From UHGV virus genome UHGV-1373625: a stretch of 64,000 nt of DNA. One strand, written 5' to 3'. This document shows positions 8,493-16,711 of this stretch, in pieces. Under the pieces are notes generated by a model that searched no databases, had not been told where the DNA came from, and was given only the letters and a program-made list of their open reading frames with translations. Each line of letters starts with the position of its first letter. The first letter of the stretch is position 1. This stretch comes from a virus. Position numbers and translations under genes: made by a program.

Positions 8493-8570
8493 ACTATCGT
8501 AGCCCAACAGGTAGAGGCAAGGGTCTTAAAAACCCTACAGTATTGGGTTCGAATCCCATCGGTAGTACCA
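8493..8570 (+). tRNA. tRNA with anticodon UAA (Leu by anticodon) but a short type-I variable arm
   Basis: Acceptor actatcg/cggtagt, anticodon stem agggt/accct with loop ctTAAaa, T-arm ttggg-TTCGAAT-cccat, discriminator A, CCA; the D-arm is weak. Confidence 0.5.
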
Positions 8571-8578
8571 AAAAATAT

Positions 8579-8655
8579 TGTGGGATAGTTCAGTTTGGCA
8601 GAACACTTGACTGTTAATCAAGGTGTCGGCGGTTCAATCCCGTCTCCCACAGCCA
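8579..8655 (+). tRNA. tRNA-Asn (anticodon GUU)
   Basis: Acceptor tgtggga/tcccaca, D-stem gttc/gaac, anticodon stem cttga/tcaag with loop ctGTTaa, T-arm ggcgg-TTCAATC-ccgtc, discriminator G, CCA. Confidence 0.8.
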
Positions 8656-8670
8656 GAAGAATTAAAAACA

Positions 8671-8760
8671 GGACAGGTGCCAGAGTCAGGCTTATTGGGG
8701 CGGTCTTGAAAACCGTTGGCGCAGGAGCGTCCGTGGGTTCGAATCCTACCTTGTCCGCCA
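8671..8760 (+). tRNA. tRNA-Ser (anticodon UGA), class II with a long variable arm
   Basis: Acceptor ggacagg/cttgtcc, anticodon loop ctTGAaa, variable stem ggcgc-agga-gcgtc, T-arm gtggg-TTCGAAT-cctac, discriminator G, CCA. Confidence 0.75.
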
Positions 8761-9557
8761 AATTTATCGATATTTATACGGGATACGAAGTAGAGCTGAC
8801 AAGTGCGTTGAAAAACAGACGGATATGTCGAAAGACATAGACTAATAGTAGCTGCGACGCAATAGACCTTCTATGACGATAGATAGAACTAGCATATCAA
8901 ACTCGTGGTTACGATGCTTCGTTACTTGCAAGACCCTATTAAATATCGATAATATTTCGATGGATTGAGTTGATCTACGTATCTCCCCGTATGGATCGAG
9001 AACGCAAGATCCTCTCCATCGATAAAAGCCAAACGTGATCTTGAAAGGAACGATTCGACCTCCTTGCGTAGCCTATCGAGGTCCGTTTGGCCCCACAAAT
9101 CTCCGGGTGTAGTTTAAGAGCTTAGTCAGGACCTAGATGAGAAAACCGCATACTAGTAGGCACTCATTGAAAAAAGATACTGGATTCTGATAGGCCATAG
9201 TAAAACAGCTTGCGAAGATGCGAATGCTTGATCAGCATTTTAGGTGCAATTCCCGCCACTCGGACACAATTAAATTTCGTGGTTCCATAAGTCATTCTCC
9301 ATAATCATTATCTAATACGCCATAAGCACAGCCTTTCAGGGCGGCAGTATAAAGCGTATATTCTGGCGGCAGGGCTTGCCGTTACAGCCTGTGGAGCGGG
9401 AAAGGCTCAAGCTCCCGCGATGAATCAGGAACCCGCCTATAGTTTGGCCTAATTGGGCTTTACTGATAGGAATTCCTCGTCTAAAAGCGGGGGAGGATGC
9501 CAAAGATGGGTAAAAGGTGCTGCGAATACCTCCATCGCAATAAAAACCACGAAAGCG

Positions 9558-9600
9558 AAGGCCCCTAAAACAATTCAATATGTTTTAGGGGCCTTCTTTT
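9558..9600. terminator. Bidirectional rho-independent terminator (15-bp perfect stem aaggcccctaaaaca / tgttttaggggcctt)
   Basis: Perfect inverted repeat with an 8-nt loop, followed by cttttgtca on plus and an A-run on minus; lies at the 3' end of the minus-strand lysis-block gene. Confidence 0.8.
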
Positions 9601-9601
9601 G

Positions 9602-9913
9602 TCACTTATATACGTTAATGAACCATGTAACAAATACCGTGAATGCTGCGGATAGGATACCTAATGCACCTTTCCAGATCGAAATTTGTCTATCATGTCG
9701 TTTAAGAGTTTCTTTCATTTCCGTGATGTTGTCAATGTCGATTTTGTCGAGCTTTTTACGCATTTCTTCAATCAACATGCTTTGATTTCCAGTCCGTTCA
9801 TCAATACGATGGGCAAGCGTAAGAATACGCCGTATCGTTTCCTCATTCGTCATATTGTGGCAAGCTAGGCACCCGAGATTAGGTGATGCCGAGTGCTGCG
9901 TATTTTCCGCCAT
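9602..9913 (-). CDS. Small membrane-anchored protein at the lysis-cassette end (holin, antiholin or spanin-like candidate)
   Basis: 103 aa with a C-terminal hydrophobic helix GALGILSAAFTVFVTWFINVY; adjacent to the holin and endolysin. Confidence 0.5.
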   Translation of the reverse strand: MAENTQHSASPNLGCLACHNMTNEETIRRILTLAHRIDERTGNQSMLIEEMRKKLDKIDIDNITEMKETLKRHDRQISIWKGALGILSAAFTVFVTWFINVYK

Positions 9914-9920
9914 GATCTTC

Positions 9921-10496
9921 CTACTTTTTTGAGGTGCTTCCTATTGGGGAGGAATGATACAAAAGTCTATTCTGCGAATTTGACGAATTGGAAGACCCGA
10001 AGTAATATTCCATTACTTGTTTCGAGCTAGAATAGATATTCGATACCACACCGCCAATCAGAGCGACAAGGAACTCGGGCACTTTTATATCTGAGAGAGT
10101 TCCATTCATATATAAGGCCATAGCATAAAATATCGCGGCAGAAACGGCAAGGTTGCCAATCACGTTTATAATGGCAAGAAGTTTCGGCGTCGAAGAATCA
10201 TCGGCATCTATTTCGCGTTGACGGGCATCTTTTCTATCATCGGCAGAAATACGAACAAGGTCAACTTCCAACTCAGCTAATTTTGCTTTAAAGTCGGAAT
10301 CGACCTTTTTTAATTCTGCCAGTTGCTCGAAAGAAGCCTTCTGCACACATTGGGCTACTTGCTTTTCGTCGGCGTCCGAGGAAAGCCCAAAAGCCGCTGC
10401 TAATGACGATACTGCAACTCCAGCCAGAGGGCCACCAAGAGCGGTAGCGATTGTTGGAGCAACGGTTCCAACGACACTCTTCCAATCAAAATCCAT
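9921..10496 (-). CDS. Putative holin / lysis membrane protein
   Basis: 191 aa with about three hydrophobic segments and a central coiled-coil/charged region; immediately downstream of the endolysin. Confidence 0.5.
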   Translation of the reverse strand: MDFDWKSVVGTVAPTIATALGGPLAGVAVSSLAAAFGLSSDADEKQVAQCVQKASFEQLAELKKVDSDFKAKLAELEVDLVRISADDRKDARQREIDADDSSTPKLLAIINVIGNLAVSAAIFYAMALYMNGTLSDIKVPEFLVALIGGVVSNIYSSSKQVMEYYFGSSNSSNSQNRLLYHSSPIGSTSKK

Positions 10497-10539
10497 AGTT
10501 TTTCCTTCATCCTTCCCTCTCCTATGAATTTTTTACCTA

Positions 10540-10929
10540 TTAAAACTCAATCTGATAATGCGGCTGGTCAACGATAGTCTTCCAATTTCCGCCCCACGTG
10601 AGATTCACGCCAAGTTCTTCCGCGCATTCCATCATGGCCTTATTAATCATCAACCACTTTTCCTTGTCGGGCTCAACCTGAACAGAACCATTATAATAGG
10701 GATACAGGTCGACAGCGTGCCCATACCCATCGGACTGTTTCAGATGGTAGGACTTCAAGGTCTTTGAAAAACCATCCTTCTTCAACTGAACCTGCCTTTC
10801 ATACGTACGGAGCCCTTCAACTACCGTGAAATCGACTTCGCTTTTCTGCAAAGCTGCTTCTACAACGGCACGAAGCTTCGGATGCACACCTTCAAGATTA
10901 TTCAATGAACGCTTAGAAAATTTACGCAT
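10540..10929 (-). CDS. Endolysin, peptidase M15 (L-alanyl-D-glutamate / VanY-like zinc peptidase)
   Basis: SYHLKQSDGYGHAVDL carries the H-x6-D and H zinc-ligand pattern of LAS/M15 peptidases; GGAGA RBS. Confidence 0.7.
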   Translation of the reverse strand: MRKFSKRSLNNLEGVHPKLRAVVEAALQKSEVDFTVVEGLRTYERQVQLKKDGFSKTLKSYHLKQSDGYGHAVDLYPYYNGSVQVEPDKEKWLMINKAMMECAEELGVNLTWGGNWKTIVDQPHYQIEF

Positions 10930-10970
10930 ACATTTTCTCCTGTTTACGTTTTTAGGAAGTAGCGTAAATC

Positions 10971-11024
10971 AATTTTACAATTTTGTCAAGTACCCATTCA
11001 AATAATTTTACAATTTTGTAAATA
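10971..11024. promoter_or_regulatory. Two copies of the motif AATTTTACAATTTTGT(C/A)AA; a third copy lies at 43489-43507
   Basis: 10971-10990 and 11005-11024; on the minus strand copy 1 reads TTGACAaaattgtaaaat with -35-like geometry upstream of the endolysin start. Confidence 0.5.
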
Positions 11025-11028
11025 AAAA

Positions 11029-11061
11029 GGGCGTCTAAACTATGGACGCCCTTTTTATTAT
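11029..11061. terminator. Rho-independent terminator (gggcgtc..gacgccc followed by TTTTTATTA), flanked by an A-run on the other strand
   Basis: Perfect 7-bp GC-rich stem with T-tract. Confidence 0.75.
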
Positions 11062-11081
11062 CATAATAATAGCCTATATGT

Positions 11082-11759
11082 TTACGCAAAAACGCTTTTA
11101 ATCAATTGGACGCCTTCATCCGTGACTCCAATTTGATTATGAACTCCATCCGTCGAGTAGATCTTAAAGTATTTCTCGCCAGCCTTATTTACCTCGCAAA
11201 GGCGCTGATGAATATATCCTTTAGATTTCGCCCAATTCGTAATGAGCCCACGCTTCAATCCGAGCGATTTATTGATATCCGTGAGTGAAAAGCATCCTTT
11301 CTTGTCAATCCTCGTCTCAGCGATTTGTACCAACGGCTTCTGGTATTCTATGGTTTCGATGGCCTTCTGCTTGGCCTTTTCGGACTCTACCAAAGCTTCC
11401 AAGGCTTCAATGTACGTCTGAGGGAGAGCCGCCACGCCATATCCTCCGGTCTTGCGGATGGAAGGAAGAATATCCTCGCACACCCAATCCTGAAAACGCT
11501 CGGCATTCGGCAAATTCGACCGCATGATAAGCCGATAAACGTCAGATTCAGGGATGATATTGTATGGCATGGCCCCTTGCGGCGAATCGCCGTACCTGAA
11601 TTTATTGACTTTTTTACAATGCGCACTCACTGCGTCAGATGGTCGTCCATACCCCAACGCCTTAGCAATATCACTCGCTATAAACCACGGCTCTCCATTC
11701 TGTTGGATCACACGAACCTTACCAAACTCAGGATTCTCAAAAATCTTCAATTTATCCAT
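11082..11759 (-). CDS. Phage antirepressor, BRO-N domain plus KilA-C-type C-terminal domain
   Basis: N-terminal KIFENPEFGKVRVIQQNGEPWFIASDIAKALGY is a BRO-N signature; the C-terminal region is shared with the genes at 15640 and 22692. Confidence 0.75.
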   Translation of the reverse strand: MDKLKIFENPEFGKVRVIQQNGEPWFIASDIAKALGYGRPSDAVSAHCKKVNKFRYGDSPQGAMPYNIIPESDVYRLIMRSNLPNAERFQDWVCEDILPSIRKTGGYGVAALPQTYIEALEALVESEKAKQKAIETIEYQKPLVQIAETRIDKKGCFSLTDINKSLGLKRGLITNWAKSKGYIHQRLCEVNKAGEKYFKIYSTDGVHNQIGVTDEGVQLIKSVFA

Positions 11760-11909
11760 AATTATCTCCTTTTAAATTTATTTATTATAATATAATCAGA
11801 TTTCTACTTTTAAACACGAAGAATATTCGTGTTCTATTTTTAGGAGCAGAAAATGAGGGAATAAAGACCAGATTCGGAAACCATATTCATTTGATGAGGA
11901 ATTTCAGCT

Positions 11910-12098
11910 CTAAGGATTACCATCAGGATTAATGAGGGTAATCTTTTCGTCTTCATCCAGTCCTCGAAGTGCCTCCGAAATATTCCCCAACCCCAAACAA
12001 TCGCATACATCCTTTGCTGTAAACCACGGATCTCCGTTTCTATCAACTACACGAACCTTACCAAACTCAGGATTCTCAAAAATCTTCAATTTATCCAT
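11910..12098 (-). pseudogene. BRO-N domain fragment; duplicated 5' end of the antirepressor gene
   Basis: 62-aa ORF MDKLKIFENPEFGKVRVVDRNGDPWFTAKDV; about 50 nt at 12040-12098 are near-identical to 11700-11759. Confidence 0.5.
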
Positions 12099-12266
12099 AA
12101 CAATTCCTCTCTTTTAATGGTTAAAAAAATGCCCGACGACCGGGTAGCACAGAGACACTAAGTCTCTCCGGAAGTCGGGCAAATATTAATTTTTTATTGA
12201 AAGATTACTTGTGCTACCAAGATGAAAACAATATACACACTGAAATTACGTTTGTCAATATAAAAA

Positions 12267-12557
12267 TTAATAATGTGGTTGAAAATCTTTTTGTGCAATC
12301 ATCAGAATAAATGCGGAAGCATAATAGAGCTTTTCCTGAATTTCTGGAGTCATATAATCTGGATTATCCAATTCTTTCATCATTCTATCAGCTTCATACA
12401 AAATATTATATACTTCTCCAATTGCAAAAATATTTCCCCTATCATATGCATACTTATCTTCAATTTTATGCATATCTTTTACTATTTTGTCTAAAATTTC
12501 AATTCCATCATCATAATCGTCTTTAGAAGAAATACTTCTCAAAGTTTCCCAAGGCAT
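12267..12557 (-). CDS. hypothetical protein (start at MPWETLR, coupled to the upstream stop)
   Basis: ATG at 12557, 1 nt after the upstream TAG, with aaaggggg RBS. Confidence 0.45.
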   Translation of the reverse strand: MPWETLRSISSKDDYDDGIEILDKIVKDMHKIEDKYAYDRGNIFAIGEVYNILYEADRMMKELDNPDYMTPEIQEKLYYASAFILMIAQKDFQPHY

Positions 12558-12558
12558 A

Positions 12559-13149
12559 CTACTTATCCCCCTTTTGTTCATCAAGAAGAAGAACGGTTGC
12601 GGCTGTATAGATGATAATATCAAGAAGCTCATTTCTGGCACGTTCAAAATCGCCTTTGCGAACCATATCATGAGCCTCATATGCCTTCTTATGGACTTGA
12701 TAGAGCGGACCGCCGATGCCTACTCTACGAGAGATTTCCATGAGGGGTTGGTCCATAAAGTCTACAGTGCCTTCTATATTATGACGCTCCTTCCCTTTAC
12801 CAGAGAAGCATCGCAACATAGCCTGATGGATAACCTCACCGACCTTTCTTTCCCCATTGGTGATTTCTCGGTCGCCTTTTACTTTATATTTATTATCGGA
12901 TTCCATAATCAATTCTCCCCCGGCTAATTCTTTTACTTTAGTTGGATTATTATTATTCCACTCCAAAATAGCTTCTCGTTGAGGAAGCCATTCCTTACTT
13001 TTATTCCCGCATCGTGGACAAACAACTTTAAATAAAACTGAACTTAAAGGCCCTCTATAATCTGCTGGTTTGTCATTTTCTAAAAATGGATATTCTTCTC
13101 CACAATCTTTACACATATTTGGTGGTGGTATATAAAGATTAATTTCCAT
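12559..13149 (-). CDS. Zinc-ribbon protein with a possible MazG-like C-terminal domain
   Basis: CKDCG..CPRCG zinc ribbon; start at MEINLY with agagagga RBS; C-terminal E/D-rich helices; the MazG-like call is weak. Confidence 0.5.
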   Translation of the reverse strand: MEINLYIPPPNMCKDCGEEYPFLENDKPADYRGPLSSVLFKVVCPRCGNKSKEWLPQREAILEWNNNNPTKVKELAGGELIMESDNKYKVKGDREITNGERKVGEVIHQAMLRCFSGKGKERHNIEGTVDFMDQPLMEISRRVGIGGPLYQVHKKAYEAHDMVRKGDFERARNELLDIIIYTAATVLLLDEQKGDK

Positions 13150-13159
13150 CGTGTCCTCT

Positions 13160-13717
13160 CTATTTTTCTGGTTCAGGGATTGGGCCAGCAAACTCTATTC
13201 CCGGAAGAAGATCATCAGCGCACAGGGGCATTGTATCACTACTAAAATACATAACATGAGGTTCCGGAAAAAGGCTGCTCCTCATCCAATAAAATCCGGG
13301 AACATTAGGAATTTCATTTGTCCACGTCAAAGTATTGGAATGATCTTCGGCTGCGGTCTTTCTTTTTGGGTCAGTGGCTTCGTATGCCTCTTGAAGTACT
13401 GTCTTTGACTCTCTTATCCTCCAAGTATTAGCACCATTTGTTTCTACTCTTGATTCTTCGGAAAGGTATTTCACCATCTCGATCAGCCTTGGCACGGCGT
13501 TGCACGCGGCGACGATGTAAGCGGCGTCATTCAAATTTCCAAACACGTGGGGCAAGACAATATATGCTATATGCTCAGGGACTTCTTTTCCTCCATAATA
13601 CCGTTCGATACGATGATGGTATGTTTCATTAGTTCCTTGCTCGCTTTTAGTCCACGGACCGGGAGTCGCTTCTTTCGCAAAATATTCCAATTCTTCAAGC
13701 CATTCTTGCGCATTCAT
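13160..13717 (-). CDS. hypothetical protein
   Basis: 185-aa ORF. Confidence 0.5.
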   Translation of the reverse strand: MNAQEWLEELEYFAKEATPGPWTKSEQGTNETYHHRIERYYGGKEVPEHIAYIVLPHVFGNLNDAAYIVAACNAVPRLIEMVKYLSEESRVETNGANTWRIRESKTVLQEAYEATDPKRKTAAEDHSNTLTWTNEIPNVPGFYWMRSSLFPEPHVMYFSSDTMPLCADDLLPGIEFAGPIPEPEK

Positions 13718-13928
13718 TCCTCTTCTCCAGCTTACTGTTCAATACTTCCTCCCAATCTTGCGGAGTTGTTGTGTAACACCATCTCCTGTCAGATCCCCAA
13801 GGACAAACGAAGCCTTCTTCATCAGCAGGGCAAAAGCATTTGTTTTCATAGTAATCTCTACACATATATGCCCTCGCAATCGCTTCTTTTGAGCACCTCA
13901 TGAAGTACTCAAAAATTTCATTACTCAT
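13695..13928 (-). CDS. Small Cys-rich hypothetical protein
   Basis: 77 aa, 8 Cys, aaaggagg RBS. Confidence 0.5.
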   Translation of the reverse strand: MSNEIFEYFMRCSKEAIARAYMCRDYYENKCFCPADEEGFVCPWGSDRRWCYTTTPQDWEEVLNSKLEKRNECARMA

Positions 13929-14032
13929 TATCTATCCTCCTTTTTCTACAGTCTTAACTTCGCTTTGAGCTTCATATACATGGCAAGATCTTCCTTTCTC
14001 TCAGATTCTTGGCACCAAAGACCCCACGCCTT

Positions 14033-14329
14033 CTAGTCGTTCAATCTTCTTAAATAATACAAAAGAGGATTAACAAATTCCTCGGGGCTGCAATCAAGTT
14101 CGTATCTTTCCAGATATTCACCATACGCTACGACACGAACTACTTGTTTTCCCTTATATTCTACGAGCTCAACGCTACCATCGTCTAAGTAAGTACTCAA
14201 TTCCAACTTTTTGCTACGTGCTTCGTTTTCTGCGGACACAATAGCTGATGCAAGATTCTTAATCTTTTCCTCGATTTCTTCATGTTGACGAAACAGATTG
14301 ATTGCTTCTTCGCAAGATATTCTGGTCAT
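14033..14329 (-). CDS. hypothetical protein
   Basis: 98 aa, aaggagg RBS. Confidence 0.5.
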   Translation of the reverse strand: MTRISCEEAINLFRQHEEIEEKIKNLASAIVSAENEARSKKLELSTYLDDGSVELVEYKGKQVVRVVAYGEYLERYELDCSPEEFVNPLLYYLRRLND

Positions 14330-14344
14330 ATGTACCTCCTTTTT

Positions 14345-14716
14345 CTACAGTCCTAATTTTGCTTTGAGCTTCTCATACATAGCCAAGTCCGCCTTATACG
14401 TATATTCGCGTTTACGATTCTTCTTTTCTTCCTTTATGCGGTCATAATAAAGATAAGGATTAGAAAGTTCTGCCGTCGAGCACTCAATGTAAGCTATACA
14501 ATCATGGTAGGATTCTTGTGTGTGCAATAAGACGTTCAAACTACTTCCATTAGATTTCAATTCAACAGGGAACCCGTCCCAAAAACTTAATTGTTGTTTA
14601 TCGTCAGGACATATTTCATTATGCAATCGGATAAGATCCTCCGCACGTCTCTCAAGTTCCGACTTCGCTGACTCGCCAAGTCTGATATTATGAAAAAGCA
14701 GTTCCACCTCGTTCAT
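14345..14716 (-). CDS. hypothetical protein
   Basis: 123 aa; a copy of its 3' end is duplicated at 13930-14030. Confidence 0.5.
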   Translation of the reverse strand: MNEVELLFHNIRLGESAKSELERRAEDLIRLHNEICPDDKQQLSFWDGFPVELKSNGSSLNVLLHTQESYHDCIAYIECSTAELSNPYLYYDRIKEEKKNRKREYTYKADLAMYEKLKAKLGL

Positions 14717-15288
14717 GATTCTTCCTCCATTTTTTGTTCGACCGCAATTCTTGCATGTTTAAGACGGCATTGCACGCATTTATATCTTAATTTGCCCATC
14801 TCTGTACAACCCTCACCGATTATTTCACATGGCAGCGAATCCAGTTCACCAGCTTTCGCAAGCCAAATAGCTACCCTAGCCTCAAATTCGGCTACATCTT
14901 GGCTAAATCCCGATAAAGTATACCGTTTTGGATTCATAGAATAATTTTGACCAACGCATTGTGCATAATAATAGAATCTATAAATACACTCGGTCTTTTT
15001 ATCCCTTCCGCACCTAAAACACACGTCTTTTCGGTTTTCCAACCACTGTTTTTCGCTATCTTTAAGTTGAAATCTATAGCTTTCTTTGTTGTATAGGTCT
15101 TTAATCGGAAATTTAGCGTCCCAATCAGCTTCGGCGGCTTCCTTGGTTTTGAAAAGATCCGACTTTTTATTACAGAAAACGCTATTGCAAGTCACATGCC
15201 ACATTTCATATGGGCCTACAAAAGAGTCAATTAGTACCTTCTTGGCAGTAGCGTCATTAGCACAGTGCGGACATTTTCTTGTGTTCAT
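14713..15288 (-). CDS. Lar-family (restriction alleviation)-like zinc-ribbon protein with a C-terminal extension
   Basis: Start at MNTRKCPHCANDA with aatgaggtg RBS; KCPHC...HVTCNSVFC...EAAEADWDA matches the Lar-like C-P-x-C / HV-C / EA..W pattern. Confidence 0.5.
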   Translation of the reverse strand: MNTRKCPHCANDATAKKVLIDSFVGPYEMWHVTCNSVFCNKKSDLFKTKEAAEADWDAKFPIKDLYNKESYRFQLKDSEKQWLENRKDVCFRCGRDKKTECIYRFYYYAQCVGQNYSMNPKRYTLSGFSQDVAEFEARVAIWLAKAGELDSLPCEIIGEGCTEMGKLRYKCVQCRLKHARIAVEQKMEEES

Positions 15289-15304
15289 ATGCACCTCATT
15301 TTCA

Positions 15305-15538
15305 CTACACACTCGTAAGCCTGTACTTTTCATACAGGACGAAGGCTTCCCCACGATGGCCCGGAAGTCGCTCCGCTGTATCCGGAAATTTAAGCCTCAA
15401 AATAACTTTGCGTCCCGTCTGTTTTGAAAAACGTTCCGCCGAGGGCAAGCTCTCCCATGCCCGTACAGGAGGGAGAATGCCTCCGGAAGCTCTATACCGA
15501 TTAAGTTTCTTCGCCGTGGTTACATGCCATACGATCAT
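15305..15538 (-). CDS. hypothetical protein
   Basis: 77 aa with a strong aaggagg RBS. Confidence 0.45.
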   Translation of the reverse strand: MIVWHVTTAKKLNRYRASGGILPPVRAWESLPSAERFSKQTGRKVILRLKFPDTAERLPGHRGEAFVLYEKYRLTSV

Positions 15539-15578
15539 TTATTTACCTCCTTTCGATGTTTCTCCAATAAACGCAGAA

Positions 15579-15625
15579 TACCCGGATATTCGTAGAGTGT
15601 CAACAACTTTTTTACGAATATCCGG
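15579..15625. repeat. Palindrome ccggatattcgta-N18-tacgaatatccgg embedded in a 40-bp element that is directly repeated at 16383-16422
   Basis: tacccggatattcgtagagtgtcaacaacttttttacgaa occurs at 15579-15618 and 16383-16422, flanking the Rha antirepressor gene. Confidence 0.8.
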
Positions 15626-15639
15626 ATATATTTTATTTC

Positions 15640-16347
15640 CTATTCTCCAAGAAGAATCTTTTTGATCAACAGCACACCTTCTTTCGTAACCCCAATTTGA
15701 TTGTGAATCCCGTCAGTCGAGTATATCTTAAAATATTTCAATCCGGCGTTATTCACCTCAGTAAGTCTTTGATGGATGAACCCTTGAGATTTTGCCCATC
15801 GGGTAATTTGGCCTCGTTTCAATCCAAGAGATCGGTTTACGTCAGTGATTGAGAAGCATCCCTTCGTATCGATCCTCGTTTCAGCGATCTGAACTAGAGG
15901 CTTCTGAGCTTCGATGGTTTCAAGAGCCATCAATTTTGCCCGCTCTTCTATGCGACGCTGTTCTTCCTTATCTGCCCATGCTCGGGCAGCTTCAACAGGA
16001 TCATTGAAATTAGGAAGCGCGACAGCATGTTTAATCTGCTCTTCCATCTCGTTAAAACGAGCGATATATGCCTCTTTCACCTGCATAGCCTCTGGAGTGG
16101 TGTATCCCATCGTCACCATAAGCAAGCCGTCTTTTGTGAGCAGATACATCGGAAGATTTCTACCCGTACTATCTTTATACCCACTAAGCTGAAAGTTCAG
16201 CCCAGTAAATGACTCTGAGCACTTAGCTATTGTAACGCGAATATCCGCGAGTACATTCTTATGAGATTTACCAAAAGCCTCCGCGATTTGCAAGGATGTA
16301 ACAGAAGGTTTACCATTGACGATTTCAATCTTAACAGGATCATTCAT
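15640..16347 (-). CDS. Phage regulatory protein Rha (N-terminal domain) fused to a KilA-C-type antirepressor C-terminal domain
   Basis: N-terminal VTSLQIAEAFGKSHKNVLADIR is Rha-like; the C-terminal QKPLVQIAETRID..KIYSTDG is near-identical to 11082 and 22692. Confidence 0.7.
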   Translation of the reverse strand: MNDPVKIEIVNGKPSVTSLQIAEAFGKSHKNVLADIRVTIAKCSESFTGLNFQLSGYKDSTGRNLPMYLLTKDGLLMVTMGYTTPEAMQVKEAYIARFNEMEEQIKHAVALPNFNDPVEAARAWADKEEQRRIEERAKLMALETIEAQKPLVQIAETRIDTKGCFSITDVNRSLGLKRGQITRWAKSQGFIHQRLTEVNNAGLKYFKIYSTDGIHNQIGVTKEGVLLIKKILLGE

Positions 16348-16448
16348 AGATTCTCTCCTTTTATATTATTTTAAAATAAAAATACCCGGATATTCGTAGA
16401 GTGTCAACAACTTTTTTACGAAAAAAAAATACTTGTTTCTGACTCTAG

Positions 16449-16507
16449 GGAATATCCCCGAAGGAATATCCCCGAAGGAATATCCCCGAAGGAATATCCG
16501 GGTATCC
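16449..16507. repeat. Tandem repeat of ggaatatccccgaa (14 bp) x3 followed by ggaatatccgggtatcc
   Basis: Three perfect units at 16449-16490; the last unit restores the ccggatattc palindrome half. Confidence 0.85.
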
Positions 16508-16711
16508 ATTCCGAATGTGCTCCAACGTAGGGTAAGTATACCGTACGTGAATGGAACCAAATGAAAGGAGAGATTATGGGTGATACGGAGGCTAGGAGGG
16601 TGTTTTTAAGGCTTGAAATGTGTTTCGTGAGTATTTGGTCGTGTAGGAGATGAATGTGGCCTTAAAAACGATTTGTGTAGGAACTTTTAGAATTTCATAG
16701 GCTTACATTTA

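Noticed and set aside
8761-9300. tmRNA or RNase P RNA in the non-coding region
   Set aside because: No tag-peptide reading frame ending ..ALAA, no tRNA-like 3' end with TTCGA T-loop plus CCA, and no RNase P P4/CR-I consensus seen by eye; left as an unclassified structured RNA candidate.
9336-9785. ORFs 9336-9578 (-) and 9453-9785 (+) in the non-coding region
   Set aside because: No RBS, G/R-rich composition, overlap a strongly structured GC-rich region and the downstream membrane-protein gene; more consistent with structured RNA than protein.
11325-11795. 156-aa plus-strand ORF overlapping the BRO antirepressor gene
   Set aside because: Antisense to a gene with a clear domain signature.
16449-16507. 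Possible CRISPR array
   Set aside because: Repeats are 14 bp and strictly contiguous with no spacers; no cas genes; this is a simple tandem repeat.
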